Positions 59,379 through 64,000 of a stretch of DNA of 64,000 nucleotides are shown one piece after another (positions within the stretch are counted from its first letter, which is position 1; every line of letters starts with the position of its first letter). The stretch spans positions 8,394-72,393 of the forward strand of contig CABZLP010000003.1 in the NCBI GenBank assembly GCA_902526565.1. The letters run 5' to 3'. A model generated the notes under the pieces. It had not been told where the DNA came from and searched no databases. It worked only from the letters and a program-made list of their open reading frames with translations. The translations under genes and the position numbers were made by a program. The DNA comes from an uncultured Pelagibacteraceae bacterium. Its GTDB lineage: Bacteria; Pseudomonadota; Alphaproteobacteria; Pelagibacterales; AG-422-B15.

Positions 59379-59985
59379 GCTGTTAAAGGATATTGTAATA
59401 GCAAGTCACAATTCCGGAAAAGTTTCGGAAATAAAATCTTTATTAAAACCATTGGGTTATAATGTTATTTCTGCCAAAAAACTTAAAATTAACGAACCGA
59501 TTGAAAACGGCCTCACATTTAGTGAAAACTCCCTTATCAAATCAAAAAATGCTGCATTAAAATCTAAATTGCCAGCTATAGCTGATGATAGTGGCCTTTG
59601 TATTTCATCATTAAATAACGAACCTGGTATTTATTCTGCAAGATGGGCGGGTAAGGATAAAGATTTCAACCTTGCCATGGAAAAAATAGAAAAGAAAATG
59701 GAAAAAAATAATTATTTCAATAAATCAAGCAGAAATGCCTTTTTTTGTTGTGCTTTATCAATCTACTTTCCAAACAATGTATGTAGAGTCTTTGAAGGTA
59801 GGATTTATGGACATGTTCAATTTCCACCGAAAGGTAAGAATGGGTTTGGGTATGATCCAATTTTTGTTCCTAAAGGTTATAAAAAAACATTTGGTGAAAT
59901 GAATTTTAACTATAAAGAAAGAATAAGTCACAGAGCAATTGCTTTTAAAAAACTGTCAAATTTTTTACACAAAATAAAAAATTAA
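59365..59985 (+). CDS. rdgB: dITP/XTP pyrophosphatase (RdgB/HAM1 family)
   Basis: 206 aa. IASHNSGKVSE, ADDSGLCI, GFGYDPIF, SHRA. Confidence 0.88.
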   Translation: MMVIKLLKDIVIASHNSGKVSEIKSLLKPLGYNVISAKKLKINEPIENGLTFSENSLIKSKNAALKSKLPAIADDSGLCISSLNNEPGIYSARWAGKDKDFNLAMEKIEKKMEKNNYFNKSSRNAFFCCALSIYFPNNVCRVFEGRIYGHVQFPPKGKNGFGYDPIFVPKGYKKTFGEMNFNYKERISHRAIAFKKLSNFLHKIKN

Positions 59986-61268
59986 TTTTTAATTATAAAC
60001 TTATCACTGCCTACGTGGAATATTAAAGGTCTACGTTCTACTCTTCCACTTTCATCAAAACGAAACCACCCATTTATACCTATATACCCTAAATCAGAGT
60101 GAAGAATTTCCTTTGTTATATTCTTATGTTCTATATTTAAACTGCTAATTAAACCTACTAAATCGTAAGCTAAAGTAGCTAATGAGTGAGGATTGTTTTT
60201 AAATATATTTCTATATTCCTTTTTAAACCTACTTTGACCATTTAAGTCCAAGGAAGAAAAATATGAATTTTTCATTGAAGGCTCTTTAAGTATTAATTCT
60301 TTGCCCCAAGTAGAATTTCCCATGAATTGTATTTTCTTGGGGTCAACATCGTAATAAGGTAATATTGAAATAAAATTTGTTAACTCACTAAATGAGCGAG
60401 CAATAACCAAAACGGCTTCAAAGTCCAATTCACCCAAGGTATCTTTTTTTTTTAAAAGTTTAAGTTCTTTTAAGGAAGACTCAGTTTTCAATTCTTTTAG
60501 AAATTTAACTCGATTATCTAAATCTAATTTTCTTTTGTCATAATTCGATACTTCTCGAGCTATTTTATAATAGTCAGGATTCTCTGTTGGGTAAAAAATA
60601 AATTCTGACGATGAATTATTGTTTTTATTATGAATTTTGTTTATTTCATTCTTCAATTTTTTTCCAAATTGATTGTCAGGAGCTACAACTGCAAATTTAT
60701 TAATACCCCTCTCATTTGAATACTCGTATATTCTATTTAATTCGTCTTCTATAGTTAACCCAAAAACATAAATATTGCGCTCACCTACTTCAGAATTATT
60801 TGAAAATGTAATGATTGGAATTTCTTCATCACTGAAGTATTCTTTCACCTTCATCACATTATTTGTAAAAACGGGACCAAGAACTAAATCAATTTCATTA
60901 CTAATTAAATACGAAATATTTTGATATAATTGACCTTCATTTTCAGTATCAACCAAGTAAAATTTTAAATTTTCATTTTTAGTTTTTTCTAATGCTAATT
61001 GTGCAGAATTGAGTAAAGATTTACCTATCTGATAAAATTCTCCAGATAAAGGCAAAAGTAATCCAACCTTGAAAATCTTTTTATTTTTTTCTTCTAAATT
61101 ACTTCCTTGAGTATCTGGATCTTCATCCTTCTCAATAGTTTCTAGCAATTGAGTCTGATTGTATGTTAGTGTTTTCTTAGACGGTAATTGGTTTGTCTCG
61201 CAGTTATTCAAAAATAGACTAAAAAAAAGAATCGATAAAATTATAGACTTATTTCTAAAATAAAACAT
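59982..61268 (-). CDS. periplasmic-binding-protein-fold lipoprotein, LpoA-like (penicillin-binding protein activator candidate)
   Basis: 428 aa with lipobox LFLNNC. Type 1 PBP-like core (KVGLLLPLSGEF...). It is divergent from rsmI, like E. coli lpoA(yraM)/rsmI(yraL). Confidence 0.55.
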   Translation of the reverse strand: MFYFRNKSIILSILFFSLFLNNCETNQLPSKKTLTYNQTQLLETIEKDEDPDTQGSNLEEKNKKIFKVGLLLPLSGEFYQIGKSLLNSAQLALEKTKNENLKFYLVDTENEGQLYQNISYLISNEIDLVLGPVFTNNVMKVKEYFSDEEIPIITFSNNSEVGERNIYVFGLTIEDELNRIYEYSNERGINKFAVVAPDNQFGKKLKNEINKIHNKNNNSSSEFIFYPTENPDYYKIAREVSNYDKRKLDLDNRVKFLKELKTESSLKELKLLKKKDTLGELDFEAVLVIARSFSELTNFISILPYYDVDPKKIQFMGNSTWGKELILKEPSMKNSYFSSLDLNGQSRFKKEYRNIFKNNPHSLATLAYDLVGLISSLNIEHKNITKEILHSDLGYIGINGWFRFDESGRVERRPLIFHVGSDKFIIKN

Positions 61269-62154
61269 GCTAACTAATTTAAATTTATCATATATTACAA
61301 AGTTATTGGACTATGAGAAACCTCAAAGTGGTCTTTATATTGTTCCGACGCCATTAGGAAACTTATCTGATATAACAATAAGATCATTAAAAATACTGTC
61401 GTCTGCTGATCTTGTGATAAGTGAGGATACAAGGGTTACAAAAAAACTTACTACAAAATACGGAATAAAATGTAAGATTCAGTCATTTCATAAATTCAAT
61501 TCCAAAAATAAAATTCCAAGAATAATAAAAAAAATAAGATCCAATGTTTCCATCGCACTTACAACAGACTCAGGAACTCCTCTTATTTCAGATCCTGGAG
61601 CTGATCTTGTGAAAGAATGCTTTAATAATAACCTAAGTGTATTTTCTCTACCAGGTCCATCAGCTCCAATAGCTAGTTTTGTTCTATCAGTTTTTCAATC
61701 TGAAAATTTTACCTTTAGAGGTTTTTTCCCAAGGCAAAATAAGCAAATAGAAAATCAACTAGAAAGATTTAATAAAAGTGACTGTCCTGAAATATATTTT
61801 GAGTCACCTAAGAGAATTATTAAAACATTAAATGCAATTTTAAATTTAAGTGGCAATTGTAAAATAACTTTTGTAAGGGAGTTAAGTAAGAAACATGAGG
61901 AAATTATTAATACCAATATTTCTGATCTTATTAAGATAATGAGCTTGAAAGAAAAAATATTAGGTGAAATTACCTTCATTATTGAACCTATACTGAATAA
62001 AACAAATAAAATTACAGAAAAGGAAATTGTTGAATTTGGCAATAATTTGCTCAATAAAGGTTTGAGTATTTCTGATGTATCTCGTGTTATATCTAAAGAT
62101 TTAAGTATATCAAAAAGGGATATTTATCAGTTATTAATAAAAAATAGGAAATAA
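61267..62154 (+). CDS. rsmI: 16S rRNA (cytidine1402-2'-O)-methyltransferase RsmI
   Basis: 295 aa. LYIVPTPLGNLSDITIRSLKIL...ISEDTR, SDPG. Confidence 0.85.
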   Translation: MLTNLNLSYITKLLDYEKPQSGLYIVPTPLGNLSDITIRSLKILSSADLVISEDTRVTKKLTTKYGIKCKIQSFHKFNSKNKIPRIIKKIRSNVSIALTTDSGTPLISDPGADLVKECFNNNLSVFSLPGPSAPIASFVLSVFQSENFTFRGFFPRQNKQIENQLERFNKSDCPEIYFESPKRIIKTLNAILNLSGNCKITFVRELSKKHEEIINTNISDLIKIMSLKEKILGEITFIIEPILNKTNKITEKEIVEFGNNLLNKGLSISDVSRVISKDLSISKRDIYQLLIKNRK

Positions 62155-62179
62155 GTTAAATTTAATATAATTTTGAAAT

Positions 62180-62767
62180 ATGAAACTTTATAAATCGAAT
62201 TTTTCTCCAATTTTATTAATATTAATATTCTTGCTATCAAATTGTACTATTCCTGTAGCTACAGGAGTGGCAACTAAGGCAGTAACTGTTTCGAAGTCTG
62301 ATCGAAGTATTGGCGAATATGTAGACGATGCTCTAATAAAAGTATTCTTGAAGAATGCTTATTTTGATAATAGTGAAAATATATTTTTTAATGTTGATGT
62401 AGAAGTCTCTCAAGGAAGAGTATTATTAACAGGTACAGTAGAAAATATTGATTTAAGAATAGAAGCTAATCGAATTGCATGGGGAGTAAAAGGTGTTCAA
62501 ACAGTCATCAATGAAATTCAAATAAGCAATAGTGATAGTATATTAAATTTCGCCGATGATTTAGTTATAAGTACCAAAGTTCTTGCAAAAATAACACTTA
62601 ACGAAAATGTAAATTCTCTAAATTACAACATTGAGACCGTAAATAAAATTGTTTATGTAATAGGAATAGCAAGTTCGAATGACGAAAAACAATTAGTCAT
62701 AGATCTCTCAAGAGAAGTATTCGGAGTTGAGCAAGTAGTTGACTACATAACTGTTAAATCTGAATAG
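62180..62767 (+). CDS. BON-domain lipoprotein (DolP/YraP/OsmY-like)
   Basis: 195 aa with lipobox LLSNC. Two BON-like repeats (VEVSQGRVLLTGTV..., VNKIVYVIGIAS...). Confidence 0.7.
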   Translation: MKLYKSNFSPILLILIFLLSNCTIPVATGVATKAVTVSKSDRSIGEYVDDALIKVFLKNAYFDNSENIFFNVDVEVSQGRVLLTGTVENIDLRIEANRIAWGVKGVQTVINEIQISNSDSILNFADDLVISTKVLAKITLNENVNSLNYNIETVNKIVYVIGIASSNDEKQLVIDLSREVFGVEQVVDYITVKSE

Positions 62768-62778
62768 GAGTTTGATTT

Positions 62779-63702
62779 ATGAAATTTGGATTTCAAATGG
62801 ATCCAGTCCAGACACTAAACTTAGATACAGACAGCACTTTGCCATTGATCTTTGAATCTCAAAAGAGGAAAAATCAAAATTATATTTTTTCCCCTAGTTC
62901 TCTTACATTTAAAGAAAACTCTATATTTGTAACAGCAAGGGAAATTAAATTCAAAACCAAGAAATTAAGCAGCTATATTACTAATAAAGAAAAAATATTA
63001 AATTTAAATTCGTTAAGCTATATATTTATACGACAAGACCCCCCATATAACATGGAGTATATATCTTCAATGCATTTACTTGAGCAATTAAATTCAAAAA
63101 TTAAATTCATTAATGACCCAGCTGGTATCAGAAATGCACCAGAAAAAATACTAATGCTAAAATTTAAAGACATTATTCCGCCAACATTAATCACTAGATC
63201 CAAAAATGAAATAGATTATTTTATGGGTAAATATAATAGATCTGTTATTAAGCCACTATATGGCAACGGAGGTCAAGGTATCTACTTGTTAGACAAAAGG
63301 GACAAAAATTATAATCAAATTATTGAAAAGTTTGTTGATGAAGAAAATGTTCCTTTTATAGTTCAAAAGTTCCTCCCAGAAATAACTAAAGGTGACAAGA
63401 GAATAATTATTATTAACGGTGATCCAGTAGCAGCACTTAAGAGAATTCCAAAAAAAAATGAGTTTAGATCAAATATTCATGTTGGGGGAAATTGCGTGGC
63501 TGTTGGTTTGTCACGAAATGATAGAAAAATCTGCAGTATAATTAAAGAAACATTAATGAGAGAAAAACTCTTCTTTGTAGGTATAGATATAATAGGAAAT
63601 TATCTGACAGAAATTAATGTTACTTCACCAACTTGTATTCAAGAGATAAAAAAAGTTCATAAGATTGATGTTGCAAAAATTATCTTTGATAAATTAGACT
63701 AA
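62779..63702 (+). CDS. gshB: glutathione synthetase
   Basis: 307 aa, collinear with E. coli GshB as I remember it: FQMDP, IRQDPPYNMEYI, IKPLYGNGGQGI, KGDKRIIIINGDPV, FVGIDIIGNYLTEINVTSPTCI. Confidence 0.9.
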   Translation: MKFGFQMDPVQTLNLDTDSTLPLIFESQKRKNQNYIFSPSSLTFKENSIFVTAREIKFKTKKLSSYITNKEKILNLNSLSYIFIRQDPPYNMEYISSMHLLEQLNSKIKFINDPAGIRNAPEKILMLKFKDIIPPTLITRSKNEIDYFMGKYNRSVIKPLYGNGGQGIYLLDKRDKNYNQIIEKFVDEENVPFIVQKFLPEITKGDKRIIIINGDPVAALKRIPKKNEFRSNIHVGGNCVAVGLSRNDRKICSIIKETLMREKLFFVGIDIIGNYLTEINVTSPTCIQEIKKVHKIDVAKIIFDKLD

Positions 63703-63723
63703 TAATTTTTAATTATTTTTTGT

Positions 63724-64000
63724 ATGAGTATTAGAGCACAATTATTAAATTACGTATTAAAAAAGTTTGTAAAGAAAGTCCAACCATCAGTGGAAGATCG
63801 TTCATATCTTGAAGCAAGAAAGATGATGAATCAAAAGGGTTATGAAGATAAATCGAGTTCAATTATAAATAAAAGTTTGCAAAAATTGATATTTGTTAAA
63901 AAGAATTCGAAAATTCATGTCAAAGAAATTTATTTGGATAACATCAGAACACTTTCTTTTGAATACAATGACTCTAATGATGAAAAATGTATACTTTATT
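63724..64000 (+). CDS. 5' part of an ORF running off the right edge (possibly an alpha/beta-hydrolase-type esterase)
   Basis: ATG at 63724 opens a stop-free frame to the window end (MSIRAQLLNYVLKKFVKK...DEKCILY). The N-terminal pattern and the ...ILY just before where an HGGG box would be expected resemble esterase/lipase N-termini. This is weak. Confidence 0.35.
   Translation, partial: MSIRAQLLNYVLKKFVKKVQPSVEDRSYLEARKMMNQKGYEDKSSSIINKSLQKLIFVKKNSKIHVKEIYLDNIRTLSFEYNDSNDEKCILY

Noticed and set aside
1-64000. Search by eye for CRISPR arrays, IS elements or transposases, integrases, prophage genes, toxin-antitoxin pairs, restriction-modification or other defence modules, and rRNA genes.
   Set aside because: I found no spaced direct-repeat arrays and no ORF with recombinase, transposase, nuclease-defence or phage-structural motifs. 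Intergenic regions are too short (mostly under 230 bp) to hide such elements. The only mobile-element-like signal is the tRNA half-repeat, reported as a finding.

Overview
The window is a very AT-rich, tightly packed stretch of chromosome. Many adjacent genes overlap by 4 nt (ATGA). Gene content and order look like a streamlined marine alphaproteobacterium (SAR11/Pelagibacterales-like). That taxonomic call is an inference from composition and synteny, not a database hit. About 75 protein genes and one tRNA are supportable, and most are core housekeeping: rpe-purH, ftsK-lolA, leuS-lptE-holA, parB-parA-rsmG-mnmG-mnmE, rho, hemG-hemH-hemE, maf-aroE-coaE-dnaQ, secB, hslVU, a his operon, nth, dapB, grpE-dnaK-dnaJ, rph-rdgB, lpoA-like/rsmI/BON/gshB. 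The 275-bp hemE/maf gap (37184-37458) carries four same-strand DnaA-box-like 9-mers, one a perfect TTATCCACA. It sits in the gene neighbourhood conserved around alphaproteobacterial origins, so the window probably spans oriC. A perfect parS palindrome lies inside rsmG. I found no CRISPR array, IS element, integrase, prophage or recognisable defence system, so no single obvious novel system stands out. The leads most worth follow-up are these. (1) A translationally coupled apt-mtnP-mtnA cluster ends in a class II aldolase/SDR fusion and could be a fused variant of the DHAP-shunt route for methylthioadenosine disposal. (2) A TPR-sulfotransferase gene is wedged by ATGA overlaps between leuS and lptE. 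(3) tRNA-Gly(GCC) is followed 1.25 kb away by a degenerate copy of its own 5' half, and the two copies bracket a frameshifted FkbM methyltransferase gene. (4) An orphan OmpR-type regulator has a degenerate receiver, and its 5' end overlaps a divergent L,D-transpeptidase gene. (5) A perfect 18-bp palindrome lies in the porin/lipoprotein divergent promoter region. All calls come from reading the translations and the DNA by eye. No searches were run.
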